Positions 38,422 to 52,672 of a stretch of DNA of 64,000 bases are shown here, one piece after another (position 1 is the first letter of the stretch; each line of letters starts with the position of its first letter). The notes under the pieces are model-generated. The model saw only the letters and a program-made list of their open reading frames with translations, did no database searches and was not told the DNA's origin. The DNA comes from Mobula birostris (taxonomy: Eukaryota). The position numbers and the translations under genes were made by a program. The stretch lies in the NCBI RefSeq assembly GCF_030028105.1, contig NC_092397.1:19726630-19790629 (forward strand), read 5' to 3'.

Positions 38422-38796
38422 TCACTTGGAGCTGGTGTACTTGGTCACCGCCTTTGTCCCTTCGGACACGGCGTGCTTGGCCAGCTCCCCGGGCAGCAGC
38501 AGGCGCACGGCGGTCTGGATCTCCCGGGAGCTGATGGTGGACCGCTTGTTGTAATGGGCCAGGCGGGAAGCCTCGCCCGCGATGCGCTCGAAAATATCGT
38601 TGACGAATGAATTCATGATGCTCATGGCCTTGGAGGAGATGCCGGTGTCGGGGTGAACCTGCTTCATCACTTTGTAGATGTAGATGGCGTAAGTCTCCTT
38701 CCTCGACCTCTTGCGCTTCTTGCCAGTCTTGCTCGCTGGCTTGGACAAAGCTTTCTTGGCGCCCTTCTTGGGAGCGGGTTTCGCTGGATCCGGCAT
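38422..38796 (-). CDS. H2B: Histone H2B (copy 2)
   Basis: 124 aa from the ATG at 38794-38796 ([11 protein letters not shown]...YTSSK). Confidence 0.99.
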   Translation of the reverse strand: MPDPAKPAPKKGAKKALSKPASKTGKKRKRSRKETYAIYIYKVMKQVHPDTGISSKAMSIMNSFVNDIFERIAGEASRLAHYNKRSTISSREIQTAVRLLLPGELAKHAVSEGTKAVTKYTSSK

Positions 38797-38848
38797 TTCC
38801 TCGTCGGTTTCAAACACAATAATAAGCAGAAGCTGTTCGGAGCGCGGA

Positions 38849-38960
38849 TTAAATAGGCAGCGCCCAAAGCGGTATGTTAATGAGGATGGGAATACTGAGC
38901 ATTTCTATTGGCTGTTTGGAGAAATGAATCACCAATCGGAACGGCGCCAATGGGCGGGGT
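38849..38960 (-). promoter_or_regulatory. H2B copy 2 promoter
   Basis: TATTTAA 38849-38855; CTCATTAACATAC variant H2B box (octamer 38874-38881); CCAAT boxes; GC box. Confidence 0.75.
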
Positions 38961-40204
38961 TTACCGCTGTCGTTTGATGCGGGAGGAAGTACTGAAGGGC
39001 AGAGACAGGCCGGGCTGCGGGCTGAAATTGAAAAGGGAAACGCAATTTCAAAAGCCGAATGAAAATAAAATCAGATGAAATATTGTAAAATTAAACACTA
39101 GGACATTTAGTTCATGACATAGGGCTGCAGGAGAGTGAAGGAGAGATTTGGACATTTCAGTGTAAAGTTTAAATCGAGTTTATTTATGCACAGGTGAAAG
39201 GAACAAAGTATTTGTAGCAGCATCACAGACACATTGCATCAGAGACACAACACTGACAAGGAACACTGATATTAAATATGAATTATACCAAAATATTCAA
39301 ACAGACAGAAGACTATCAGAACAAAATCAAAATAACAAACAGATTATGCCGGCAGTGGGAGAATCATCCCTCTTGTGCTTCTTCATCTCGTCACTCTAGA
39401 TTCAGTGTCACACAACGCTGCCACTTTGATCTGGCCCATGCCTTCATCAACCAAGTCCAACACTTGCCTTTAGTGCATCTTCCCCCCCCCCCCTTACACT
39501 GGTCATCGGGTTTGTGGGGGTGTGCCCAGGGTTAGTTGGGGTGTGTGCCCCCTTGGACCTCAGAATTAGGTTTGAGGGTAGGGCTGGTGGATGTATATGT
39601 GGGGCTGGGAGAGATAAGGCTGTGGAGTTTAGTATGGTGAGATAGGTGGGGCTATGGTGGATAGGGTAATGTAGTGGAGTCACTTCAATCTGGCCCATTC
39701 CCTTCATTAATGTGGCCTGACACCACTTGGCTTAATGAACCGGGTGTTGCAAAGGGACACATCATCAGTAAAGCAACCTGGGGTCATTGAGTGTTTTGGG
39801 TCTTTAATCATGAGACATCCTCGCCCAGACAACCCAGCCAGGGTTAATCAGGCCCGCTTGTGTTTATCCCATGGATCAAGGTAACGAGAGGCATGTAATT
39901 CTGCATGTTGTGGGTATTTTAGACCTTGTTACTTGGCTTTATTTTGACCATTTGGGGAGTAGAATGTTCTGAGGCCTAGTAATCAGGCTTTACCTCCAAG
40001 TAAGGTTCAACTTTCCTACTTTCAATTTAGAATTGTCTTTATTTTGCATCTGTATGCCTGGGATTGCATGGGTTAAATTAACAGTGTTCACTGCAGTACA
40101 AATTAGTGATTAGGGCTGTGCAGATTGGTCCATAATTCCAAAATGCAAACATCTCTGAAATCCAGATTTTTTTGTGCTGACATGACATCACAAATGGAGA
40201 ATTT

Positions 40205-42700
40205 TACTCAGGATTAAATGGCTTGCCTAATGAAGAGAGTTTCACGGCTCTGGGCCTCTATTCACTGGAACTTCGAAGAAAGAAGGGTTACCAAATTGAA
40301 ACCTATCAAATAGTGAAAGGGCTTGATTGAGTGGATGTGGAGAGGATTTTTCCTGTGATGGGTGTGTCTAAAACTGGACCACACAGCTTCAAAATAGAGG
40401 GTCATCCTTTGAGAATGGAAATGAGGAGGAATTTCTTCAGCCACAGAGTGGTGAATCTGTGATTTTTTTTGCTACAGGCAGCTGTGGAGGCCAAATCACT
40501 GGGTATAGGCAGAGATTGATAGATTCTTGATTGGTCAGGGCATGAAGGGATACAATGGAAGGCAGGAGACTGCCTCTCAGAGGAAAAATTGATCAGTGAT
40601 GATGAAATGCCAGAGAAGGCTCGACAGGCAAAATGGCCGAATTCTGCTCCTGTATCTTATGGTCTTATGGACTCACTTAGTGACTAAATCTCTCCCAGAG
40701 ACTGTTGATCTCAGCTTTGACTCAACCCAGCAACTGAGGCTCCACATTACTTATATAAGGAATACAAAAGTTCTTTGTTCTCTGATTAACAAAACATCTC
40801 ATTTCCATCCTGAATGCTTGTCACCTCATTCTGAGCAACAGACACAAAATGCTGGGGAAAGTCAGCAGGCCAGGCAGCATCTATGGGAAAGAGTAACGAG
40901 TCGATGCTTCGGGCTGAGAATCTTCACCCTGAGATCTGATGAAGTGTCTCGGCCCGAAGTGTCGACTGTTAACTCTTTTTCATAGAGGCTGCCTGTCCTG
41001 CTGAGTTCTTCCAGCATTTTGTGTGTGTTGCGTTTGATTTCCAGCATCAGCAGATTCTCTCGTGTTTGTGATTTACGCCTCATTCTGAGGGTATTTTCCT
41101 CAGTTATGGAGTTCTCATTCAGGGGAAAGATCCTCCTTGCCTATTGCCTGTCATATCCTGAAAGAATCTAACAGATTTCCTCGTTTTCTCATGAACAGCA
41201 GGGAATGCAGACCCAGCCCACTCACTCTCCTCTCGCATAACCAACCTTCCATCCCTGGAACCAGCCCAGTCAGTGTGGGGAACAGTCACTGCACTCCCTC
41301 TATTGCAGGGATATCTTTCCTGAGGAAGTGTGACCAAACCTGGACACGATACTCAAGGTGTGCTCTCACCAGGGCCCCTATATAATCCCAGTGAGACCTC
41401 TGTACTCTCTTGTACAATCCCCGTGGATCACAGGACAAAATACTGTTTGAACATAGAACATAGAATAGTACAGCACAGTACAGGCCCTTCGGCCCACAAT
41501 GTTGTGCCGACCCTCAAACCCTGCCTCCCATATAAATAGAACATAGAATAGTACAGCACAGTACAGGCACTCTCATTACTTGTATCTGCATGTAAACTCA
41601 AGTGATTTGTTTACAAGAATGTCCAGGTCCCTCTGAACATCCTCATGTGGAAATGACTCTGATAGTTTGTTCCTGAGACTGGGTGATCGCACATTTCCCC
41701 ACATTCTGTTCCACCTGCCACATCCTCAACCATTCACTCTCCTGTATACATCCCCCAAACCTTCTCACTACTGTTACCGTCCCTCCCGCTCTGCCACAGC
41801 AGCAGACATAGTCACTGAGTTATGCAGCACAGAAACAGGTCCTTCAGCCCAACACATCCATGCTGACCAAGTGGCCAAACAAAATTATTGTCAGTTGCCT
41901 GCATTTGGCCCATGTCCCTGTGAAACTTCCCTCTCCACAGTCCAAGAGATATTGCAACTGTGCCCACCTACACCACCACTTGGGGTAGTTTGTTCCATGT
42001 AAACAGCACATTCTGTGTACAAAACCTGCTCCTCAGGGTCCTATTTAAATGTTTCCTCTCTCACTTTATATCTGTAATCTCCCGCTTCCAACTCCATAAA
42101 CCTGGAGATAACAGATTCACTGTTGACGGTATCTATGACTGCCATTATTTTATCACCTCTCTAATATCACATACACTCTGGTGAGAAAGGTCCTGGCCTA
42201 TGCAGCGTCCTGTTAAATCCCTTTTGCACCCTCTCCAGTTTAATGTCACCCTCTGATCACATGGCAACTATAATTGCACTTTGTGCTCCGAGAGTAGTTT
42301 CCCCGAGGCTGGTAGAGCTGTAACGTGACGTCACAGTCCAGTGCCCGATACTCTGACCGATGAATGCGAGTGTGGCGAACAGCTTCTTCACCGTCCTGCC
42401 TACCTGTGTTTACACTCTGAAGGAATTCGATATCTGCACCCCGATATCTCTGTTTTACAGCACACCCAGGGACAGACCATTCCCCACGGCAGTTCTGCCC
42501 TGGTTCGTCAATGACAATGGCACATCTCACATTTATCTGTCATTCCTCAAATCAGTGACCTCATTGATCACCGTCCTGTTGTAATGTTAGTTACATTGTT
42601 TCACACTCCACGATATCACCAACTTTAGTGACATCGATAAATTTGCTGAGCCGGGCAGTGACGTTATCAGCCCTGACTCAGCTCCCAGGCTTTTCCTCGC
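40205..42700. mobile_element. Decayed CR1 fragments
   Basis: GLYSLE-type RT end and CR1 3' UTR/tails (catagaacatagaatag at ~41450-41568). Confidence 0.65.
40836..41077. mobile_element. Penelope-derived fold-back insert with 12-bp TSD
   Basis: cctcattctgag at 40824-40835 and 41078-41089; two opposed degenerate hammerheads at its centre. Confidence 0.75.
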
Positions 42701-42884
42701 AGCGATACACGCGCAGTGCTGGAGGAACTCAGCAGGCCAGGCAGCATCTATGAGAAACTGGAAACAGCCAACGTTTCAGGCCGAGACCCTCCATCAGCAT
42801 CTGCACAATGGTCTTGTGTTTGGTTTTCCTTCGATTCTAAGTTACTGGATAACATGACCCATCCTCCAATCCTCTGCCACCACT

Positions 42885-43064
42885 CCTGCCCGAGAAACGC
42901 GCAGAGAGACAGAGGCGGGGAGGGGAGGAGACAGAGTCAGAGTGACGGACAGAGCCGAGAGCGGCCTCTTATCGTCCAGCTCCGTCTTCACTTTAATACA
43001 CCCGGCAATTTCCAACGGTTTGTCCGAAACACAGAGCTCCAGAGAGAGAGAAAAAAACGCCCTC
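42885..43064 (-). pseudogene. Orphan H4 promoter truncated upstream of TATA
   Basis: Near-identical to 43968-44140 and to the reverse complement of 15950-16117, but no TATA or CDS follows. Confidence 0.85.
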
Positions 43065-43506
43065 TAACACCACGTACAGAAGGAGTTCTAGGAATTTACT
43101 GGCGGTCGGACTTCATCGGATCAGAATACAGTGTGATTGGCGCTTGATCAATTTCAAATTGCCCGCCAATTTCAGAGCACCCAGCAACGGTTCTGGAAGA
43201 CTTTTTTTAAAAATTATCTACCGTTAGTTTTATCACGCATTATACAATTTCAGTTTCATTTAATATCTAATCCCCTGAGTTAAGATTTAAATGCACAATT
43301 ACGGAGTCGCTTCTCCAACCGAGTGAACTGATTCCTGTCCGAGACGGATAAAAGGATGAAGATCGATCTTAACGCGCTCAGAGGTTCTGAAGTAATCACC
43401 GACTGGAAAGGTAGATTCGCAGGAATATTGCAAACCGAACCGATTAATCTGTTTCAAATGTAACTCAGCTGAATGTATCGATAAAAATAATTAAAAGGTT
43501 GCGGAT

Positions 43507-43548
43507 ACAGCTCCGTCTGTGAGGCGGTGGGTGGCTCTTAGAAGAGCC
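43507..43548 (-). terminator. Histone 3' stem-loop and HDE of H4 copy 2
   Basis: GGCTCTTCTAAGAGCC on minus (43533-43548); GGAGCTGT downstream. Confidence 0.95.
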
Positions 43549-43581
43549 TTTGTTTTGTGCTCGGGAGGAAGTGGGAGTTTT

Positions 43582-43902
<321 letters not shown>

Positions 43903-46377
43903 TCACTCAGGTCGCTGCTCACTGACAAACTGCCTGCTGCTGTCTCCTTTTATACACAGCGCCCCGACCTGCCCGAGAAACGCGCAGAGAGACAGAGGCG
44001 GGGAGGGGAGGAGACAGAGTCAGAGTGACGGACAGAGCCGAGACCGGCCTCTCATCGTCAAGCTCCGCCTTCACTTTACCACAACCGCCAATTTCCAACG
44101 ATTCATCCGACACAAAGCGCTCCAGCGAAAAACAAAACTCCCTCACACACAGTCTGAAAAGAACGAGAGCCAATGTCAGGCCAATAAACATGGTGGGACT
44201 GATGGGCTGAAATGAGTTTATTTCAACACTAGGAGTACTATGTTATCGGACGGACAGGGCTGGCAGCTCAACATTCCTGGGGTTCATTGTTTTACATGTG
44301 AGTGGGGGGTTAAAAATGCAGAGGTTACCTCACTGGGAATGTCACAGCAAACTGCAAGGTTCATTTACAGAGGCAATCTGCAGTTACACTGTTGGGGTGT
44401 TTGTATTGGCCCCGCAACAACCAGTGGGGGGACATTATCTTCTCTAGATTAACTGGAACTTGCTTAATTCTTAAATGCGCCAGATTTCTTCAGTGAATCT
44501 GAGAGGTGTTTGAAACATTATGTACAGGGCCCAACCAGAGGTGAGAACAGTTGGGAATGAGCCAGGCCAGGTGACAGTTGAGGGTCAGTGAACATTTGGG
44601 AACAGTGATCACAAGTTTCATTTTTCTTAGTTACAAGTAAAAATAAAAGTAGATCTTGTATGAAGGTACTAATTTGCAGGAGGACAAGTCAGGACGGAGG
44701 AAGACAGGAGCCAAAGGACATTGATTGGGAGCAGCCACTGTCAGACAAGTCCACATCTGATGTGTGGGAGTTGTTTAAAGACCAGCAACTCTGAGTTCAG
44801 GATCAGCATGTTCCAGTGAGGAGTGAGGAGAAGGATGGTAAGTAAGGGATCTTTAGACAAGCGGAGAGATCCTAAATTTAGTCAAAAGGTTATGGAAGGT
44901 TTGTGAAGCTAAAGTCAGACTGGGTACCTTTGGAATATAAAGGTAGCAGGGAAATGCTAAAGCAGGTGATAGGAAAGGCCAAAAGGGGCCACAAACTGTC
45001 CTTGTAATGTAGGACCAAAGATGATCCCAAGGCCTTGTGATTTGTATTAATAAGACGAGGATAACCAGAGAATAGAAATGTCGACTCAAGATTAAAGGAG
45101 GAATGATGTGGTTGAAGTCAGATCAAGTGGCTGAGGTACTAAATGAGTACATTGTGTCAGCATTTACTGAAGTGAAGGAATTGAATGGCAATGAAAACAG
45201 AATGAGGCATGCGAATGTGCAGAGACATTTTGAGATTAAGGAGCAGGTTGTGCTGGGACGTCTGAAAAGCAATAAGATGGCTAAGACTCCAGGGCCTGAA
45301 GGCAAATATCCTACAACAGTGAAGGAAGCAAGTGAGCAGATTGCCGGTGATTTGACAAGGATCTATGTGTCCTCGATCACAACATGTGAGGTCCCACAGG
45401 TCTGGAGTGTCAGAAATATTGCAGCTTTGATCAAGAAGGGAAATAACAAGAATCCAGGAACCTATAGGCAAGGCAGCCTCATTTCAGTGGTAGAGAAGCT
45501 ACTGGGGAGGATATTGAGGCACAGGATTTATGCACATTTGGAAAGGCATGGCCTGCTTAGGGACAATCAACATGGTTTTGTGTGGGCAGATCACGCTTGA
45601 TAAATTTGATTGAGGTTTCTCAGGAAGTGACACAGGCTAAGATATAGGAGCAGAATTCAACCATTTGGCCCGTCGTCTGCTCCGACATTTCATTGTGGCT
45701 GATCCATTTTTCCTTTCAGCCCCAGTCTCCTGCCTTTCCCCTGTATCCCTTCATACTCTGACCAATCAAGAATCTATCAACCTCTGCCTTAAATATACAT
45801 AAAGTCCTGGCTTAACAGCTCCCTGTGGCAATGAATTCCACAGATGAACCACTCTCTGGCTAAAGAAATTCCTCATCTCCACATTCTACAAGGATGCTCC
45901 TCTATTCCGAGGCTGTGTCCTGATATTAGACACTCCCATCTTCTGCACATCCACTTTATCACTGCCTTTCACCATTCGATAGGTTTCAATTGGGCCACCC
46001 CTCATTGTTCAAAAATTCCAGTGAATACAGGCCCAGAGCCATCAAACACTCTTCATACGACAAGATGTTTCATCCTGGAATCAATCTGGAGAACCTCCTT
46101 TGAAACCCATCGAGTTTCAGCTCATCCTTCCTAAGATGAAGAGCCCAAAACTGCTCACAATACTCCAGTGAGACCTCCACAGTACTTAATAAAGTCTGAT
46201 CATTATTATGATTGGCGCAGATATTGTGAGACGAAGGGCAGGTTGCCATCTGTTCCATATTGTGTACTGATGAATATGTTTGATCTAACAGTAATTGCAG
46301 GGACATGGTTACAGAGACTGGGACTTCGACATTCCACTATATTCAATGTTCCACACGGAATTGGCAAAATGTAAGTT

Positions 46378-47890
46378 ATTAGGTTTTATTGTTTTGCAAT
46401 GGATTTAATTTGGCTTTTTTGACACTGATCAACAGAAAAGACTATGGTGTCAAAGTGAAAACAGATCTAAATTAATTGTAAATATGAAACAAAATAATTC
46501 ATTGCCTTAGTATTTACCTCCTTCAAATCCGTAATTAGTTGATGCACCTTTGGCAGCATTTACAGTTGAGTCTGTGTGGATAGGTGTCTATCAGCTTTGC
46601 ACATCTGAACACTGCAATTTTTCCACATTCTTCTTTACAAAACTGCAGAAGCTCTGTCAGAATGCATGGGTTGGTGAGTGAACACTTCTTTTCAAGTCCA
46701 GCCACAAATTCTCAATTGGATTGAGGTCTGAACTCTCACAAAGCCACTCCAGGACATTAACTTTGTTGTTTTAAGGCATTCCTTTGCAGCTTTGGTTTTA
46801 TGCTTGTGGTCATTGTCATGCTGGAAAATTAATTTTCTCCTAAGTCGCAGTTCTCTTGAAGACTGAATTTGGTTTTCCTCCAGGATTTCCCTGTATTTTG
46901 CTGCATTCATTTCACCCTCTACTTTTATGTGCCTTTCAGGGCCTGCTGCAGTGAAGCATACCCACAGGATGATGCAGCCTCCACCATACTTCACGGTAGG
47001 GATGGTGTGTTTTTGATGTTGTGCGGTGTTTGGCTTACTCCAAACTTAGTGTTTGTGATGGTCAAAAGGTTCAATTTTGTTTTCATCAGACCATAGAATC
47101 TTCTTCCAACTAACTTCAGAGTCCCCAACAATTCTGGGAAACTCCAGGGAAGATTTCATCAGAGCATTTTTCAACAGTGGCTTTTTCTCTGCCACTCTCC
47201 CGTAAAGCTGCGACTGGTGAAACACCCGGGCAACAGTTGATGTTTGCACAATCTCTCCCACCACTGAAGCTTGTAACTCCTCTAGAGTTATCATAGGTCT
47301 CTTGGTGGCCTCCCCCACTGGCCCCTTCTTGCATGGCCACTCAGTTTTTGAGGATAGTCTGCTCTTGGTAGATTTACAGCTGTGCCATATTCTTCCCACT
47401 TCTGGATGAGTGACTTAACTATACTCCAAGGGCATTCAGTGACTTGGAAATTTTCTTGACTCCATCTCCTGGCTTGTGTTTGTCAATTACCTGTTTGCAG
47501 AGCAGCTCGGAGTGTTGATTTGTCTTCACGGTGTAGTTTCTCCCAGGATACTGACTCACCAGCAGTTCAACCTTCTACTTACAGGGGTACTATTACTACA
47601 ATCAATTGAAACACCTTCACTGCACACGGTCATCTCCATTTAACTGATCATGTAACTTCAAAAACTAATTGGCTGCACCAGAGATGATTTGGTGTGTCAT
47701 ATTAAAGGGGGTGAATACTTAAACAGACAATTATTTTGTGTTTTTGATTTGTAATTAGTTGAGAGCATTTTGTAGAGATTTGTTTTCCCTTTGACACAAA
47801 AGATTCTTCTTCCATTGATTGGTTTCAAAAAAAGCCAAATTCAATCCACTGAGATTCAATGCTGTAAATTTTCATAGGAACTTTATATGT
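46378..47890 (-). mobile_element. Tc1-like transposon, mirror copy without nested LINEs
   Basis: ORFs 46692-46994 and 47046-47399 mirror 12938-13240 and 12533-12886; both TIR ends are partly deleted. Confidence 0.85.
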
Positions 47891-50800
47891 AGGGACAATG
47901 ATGGTGAAAGGGGGAGGGAAAGACAACATTGGTAGGAGTGGCCTCAAGATCCTGAGGTGTGGTCAAAGGCATTCAAGGAAATATTAAATCAAAGAACATA
48001 CAAAGAGGCGCTGGTGGTGCACAAGAGAATCAGAGATTTTCTAGGAATCAGTGAAAAGCTAAAAGTAACAAGGAACACGCAGAGAAGTTAACTCAGTAAT
48101 TTGCATTAGTGCTCACAGTGGGTCACAGCAAACATCGCACAGATATCTAACGGTGACATTTCAACATTGTGCCATAATGTATAACAATTGGCATCACAAG
48201 GGAGAAACTAATGGGGCTAAAAGCAAACTTTACCAGGTCCCAATGACCTGCACTGGAGGGTTTCACAGGAAGTCTGTAGAGAAAGTAGAGACATTGAAGT
48301 CTGTCAAAACTCACTGTTACAGAAAGGTCCCAGTGGAGTTGAAAACCATTGCTGAAGAAGGGTGGAAGATAAGAAGCAGGTAACTGTAGTCCTGTTAACT
48401 TCACTTCAGGTACTGGAGTTGATAATCTATCAAGAAATAACAAATCATTTGGAAAAGTTTAATGTCTACAGTCAGGTTCACACAGATTCCACGATGACCA
48501 AAGTTCCCATCTGAGCTCGTGGTCTGTAACCCCCTCACCACCACATTATGAAGAAGGTTATCCTCCTCCTTGTCCCATTTCTCTGCATTTGGCCCAGATA
48601 CTTCAAAACCTTTCCTTTCCATCTACCTGTCCAAGTGCCTTTTTAATGTACCTGACTCAACCACTCCCCCTAGCAGCTCTTTCCATTTCCAGCTTCCAGG
48701 TCTCTCATGATTTTATACACCTCTGCAATATCAGCACTCATTCTCCAACATTACAGGGAAAATTATCCGAAACACCTTTCCACAAATCCTTTGAGATCCA
48801 GTAACATCCCCGTAAATCTCCCCTGTACTCTTTCCAGCTTAATGGTGTCTGTCATACAGCAGGGTCACAAAAACTAAACACTATTTGCGAAATGTGGCCA
48901 AACCAATGTGTTGTACAACTGCAACATCTCATCCCAGTTTCTATATTCGGTGCCCTGACTGAAGGCCAGTGTTCCAAAAGCCTCTTCACCACCCTGTCCA
49001 TCTGGAACCTGGTCTTGGACCCTGTAACCTGGGTTGTTGAATGTTAAGTCATGTTTGACTAACATACCAGAGATTTGAGACTTTACAGGGGAAGTTGGAG
49101 AAGTGGTGTTTTTGGATTTTCGGGAGCCATTTGCCAAGGTGCCACAAGTAAGGCTGGTGCACAAGACCAGAGCTCAGTACTGGGAAGGAAGTGTGTTAAC
49201 ACTGACTGAAGACTGGTCATCATACTGAGACAGAATAACAGGTCTGTTTCAGACTGGGATGATATTACTAGTGGAGTGTCCCAGTGACCAGTTCTGGATT
49301 GTCAATGATTTATTATTGATATTAATGACCCGGAGGAGGGGCAGAGAGTGAGGAATCCACGGTGGCAATGACAGGGAATGTGGTGGGGGACATGTTGTGA
49401 TTGGACATTTCATCTCTTCAATGGGACATGGGGAAGCTGGTGAGTAGAATACTTGGTAAATGGAGTTTAATGTGGTGAAGTGTGATGACATGTAGAATGG
49501 TAGGAGGAATCAAAAGTCAGACTATGATTTATGTGGAGATAAATTGTAAATGAGAGAAATAGAGAGGGGTCGAGGTGCTGAACTACACAACAAAACAGAG
49601 ACGGGAGCAGTGAGTGGTTCATAAAACCATATATGACCAAGGTTCAGAGGTGAATGGTTCATTGACATTTACTGACGGGGTGTTGGTGCAGAGAAACAGA
49701 GGAGTGTTGTTACTGTGACAGACAAGTGCACAATGATGGATTTTGGGAAGTTAAAGCAGGTCAGGACGTACCCAGTGAATGGAGGGTCCTGAGGAGTGTT
49801 GATGAAAGAGAAACCTGGGGCACAGGTAAGCAATTCCCTGCAAGTGCCAAGACAGGTAGACAAGGTGGTGAAGAAGGAGCACGACATGCTTGTCTTCATC
49901 AGCAAAGGCTCTGAGAGGAGTTGGGACATCACATTACAGTTGTACAAATCAATAATGACACCACACCAGGAGTACCCTGTGCAGTTCTGATCACATGAGA
50001 GGAAGGATGTGATTAAGCTGGAAAGGTGCAGAAACGATTCACAGGAATGTTACCTGGACTGGGGGCTTGAGTTACAAGGAAAGATCAGACTGACTGAGAC
50101 TGTTTTCCCTGGAGTGAAGGAGACTGAGGGGAGACCTGACAGAAGATTATAAAACTATGAGAGATGTAGACAAGGTAAACAGGCAGGATCATTTTGCCAG
50201 GGTAGAAATATCAAATATGAGAAGGCGCAGCTTTAAAATGCCAGGGTGAGAATTTAAAGGTGGACGTTAGGACAGGTAAGATTTCTAATTCCGTACAGAG
50301 AGTGGTGAGGGCCGGGTATGGGCTGCCATGGGGAGTGGTGGAAGCAGATATGATAATGACACTTAACAGGGTTTTAGACAAGCCCATGAATATTCAGAGA
50401 ATTGAAGCACATGAATTATAAGCAGGCAGAAGAGGTTTGTTTCATTTGACATCATGTTCAGCACAGACATCATGGGAAGAAGGGTCTGTTCCTGTGCTGT
50501 ACTGTTCTGTGTTCTCAGTGAGCCTCAGTGACAGGGGGAGTCTTTAGCCGGGGTCACAGACAGGTGTATCTGTGGTAAGGAGAGAGACTGCACAGTGGTG
50601 CATTACCTCCCTGGTACCAGGGTCGAGGATGGAAATGAACAAGTACAGGCCATTCTGAAAGGGCAGGGTGAGCAGCCAGAGGTAGTGGTCCATATTGGCA
50701 CGAACAAAACAGAAAAGTCCTGCAAGGAGAGCTTAGGGAGTTGGGGAAAAAGTTAAGTGGAAACTCTGTGGTCGGGGGGGGGGGGGGGGGTGGAAATCCC

Positions 50801-52672
50801 AGTGCCACCTGCTAGCGAGGGAAGAAATACAAAGGTGGTACCGTTATATGTGTGGCTCACGAGCTGGTGCAGGATGGAGGGTTTTAGTTACATGGATCAT
50901 TGGGCTCTCCTTCAGGACAGGTGATGGGAAGAGTAAGAAGTCAGTAACTGGCAGTGATGGATGTGGATTAACACAGAAAGTAACTCCAAATGGATAAATT
51001 AGTGTCTCAGCAGCATTACAAGTGCACACATCTACAAATATCAGAAGAGAGGCAAGAGAAAGAATAAAAAGTAAGTTACCTCCAACAGTCTAACGTGGGG
51101 GGGGGGGTCATCACTTCCCCGGCTATAGGTTGACTCATTATTGACCCTGATGGCCCAGTGTAAGAATGACTTCATACAGCGCTCCTTGGAGCAGCAGAGT
51201 TGTCTTAGTCTGTTACAGAAGATGCTCCTCTGTTCAGCCAAGGTGGCATACAGAGGGTGAGAAACATTGTCCAGAATTGCCAGGATTTTCCGTAGGGTCC
51301 TTTCTGCTACCACGGCCTCCAGTGTGTCCAGTTTGACTCCTATAAGAGCCAGCCTTTCCAATCAGTTTATTGAGTCGGATAGCATCACCCGTGTTGGTGC
51401 CATTGGCCCAGTCCACACACTGATCATGCAGAATGTCACAAGGTCAAGGTCATCCCAGAGGCTCATCCAGTAAGACAATCTGGATAGAAATCAGGAATAG
51501 GAAAAGTGCAATCACTATGATAGGGTTATACTGTAGGCCTCCCAATAGCCAGTAAGAGACAGAAACAGATATGTTAGCAGGTTATGGGATGATGTAAAAA
51601 TCAACAGAGTAGATTTGGTGAGTGAATATCTCCTCAGAGTAACTGGGATTCTCTTACACCCTGAGGCTTGGATGGAGCATTAAGGTTTCCTGAAACAATA
51701 TGTCGTCCACCAGGGAGGGGGACATTCTTGACTTCACCTTGGGAAATATGGGACTCAGCAGAGTGGTGGCAGGAACAACCAGTGTTCAAAGAGGAATTAG
51801 ACAGGTCCTTCAGGAGAAATGACCTGCAGTGCTGTGGGGACAGAGTGGGGAATGGGACCGTGGAAATGTTGTAGCAGGAGTTGGTATTAACTTGACGGGT
51901 CAAATAGTCTCGACGATCACAGAATGATTCTCTGCCCAATAATAGTCTGAAAAAATCATTCTGGTCGCCAGTGAATCTTCCAAGCTCCAGGATGGACAAG
52001 ATCAATTGTGTAATAAGGACACACTTCTGTCGAAACACTGACACTGTATACCAAGCACACTGAGCTGCCAGAGCACAGCACCGGCCAGTGAGGACACAGA
52101 CCAGTACAACACCCGGCTCTCTACTACAAAGTTCAAAGCTGAAAGTAAATGTATTATCAAAATACATTTCTGTCACCATATGCAACCCTGAGATTAGTTT
52201 TCTTGTGGGCATACTGCTGGTTTGTTAGAGCGGTCGGGGAGGGTTTAAACTAATTTTGCAGGGGCGTGGGAACAGGCGTGAAAGGATGCAAGATAGGACA
52301 GATGGTAAAAAAGCAAAGATAGCATGCAGTCAGGAAGGGCAGGCAGATGATAGGACATAAATGCAGCCAGCAGGGTGAGTATCAGTGCATGAGGGATGCA
52401 GAAACAATTATGGTAGCAAATACAGTACTCAAACTGTTATATCTCAATACCCAGAGTCTACTAAATAAGGTGGATAATCTTATTGCCCTGTTATGGATTG
52501 TCATGTTTAATGTTGTGACCATCACTGAATCACGGCTGAAGCATGTTTGTAGTTGGGAGCTAAGTGCCCAAGGTTACACGTGTCAGAGGGACAGGAAGGT
52601 GGGCAATGGGGATGGCGTGGCTCTGCTGGTAAAGAATGGTAACAAATCGGTAGAAAGATGTGACAAAGGAAG

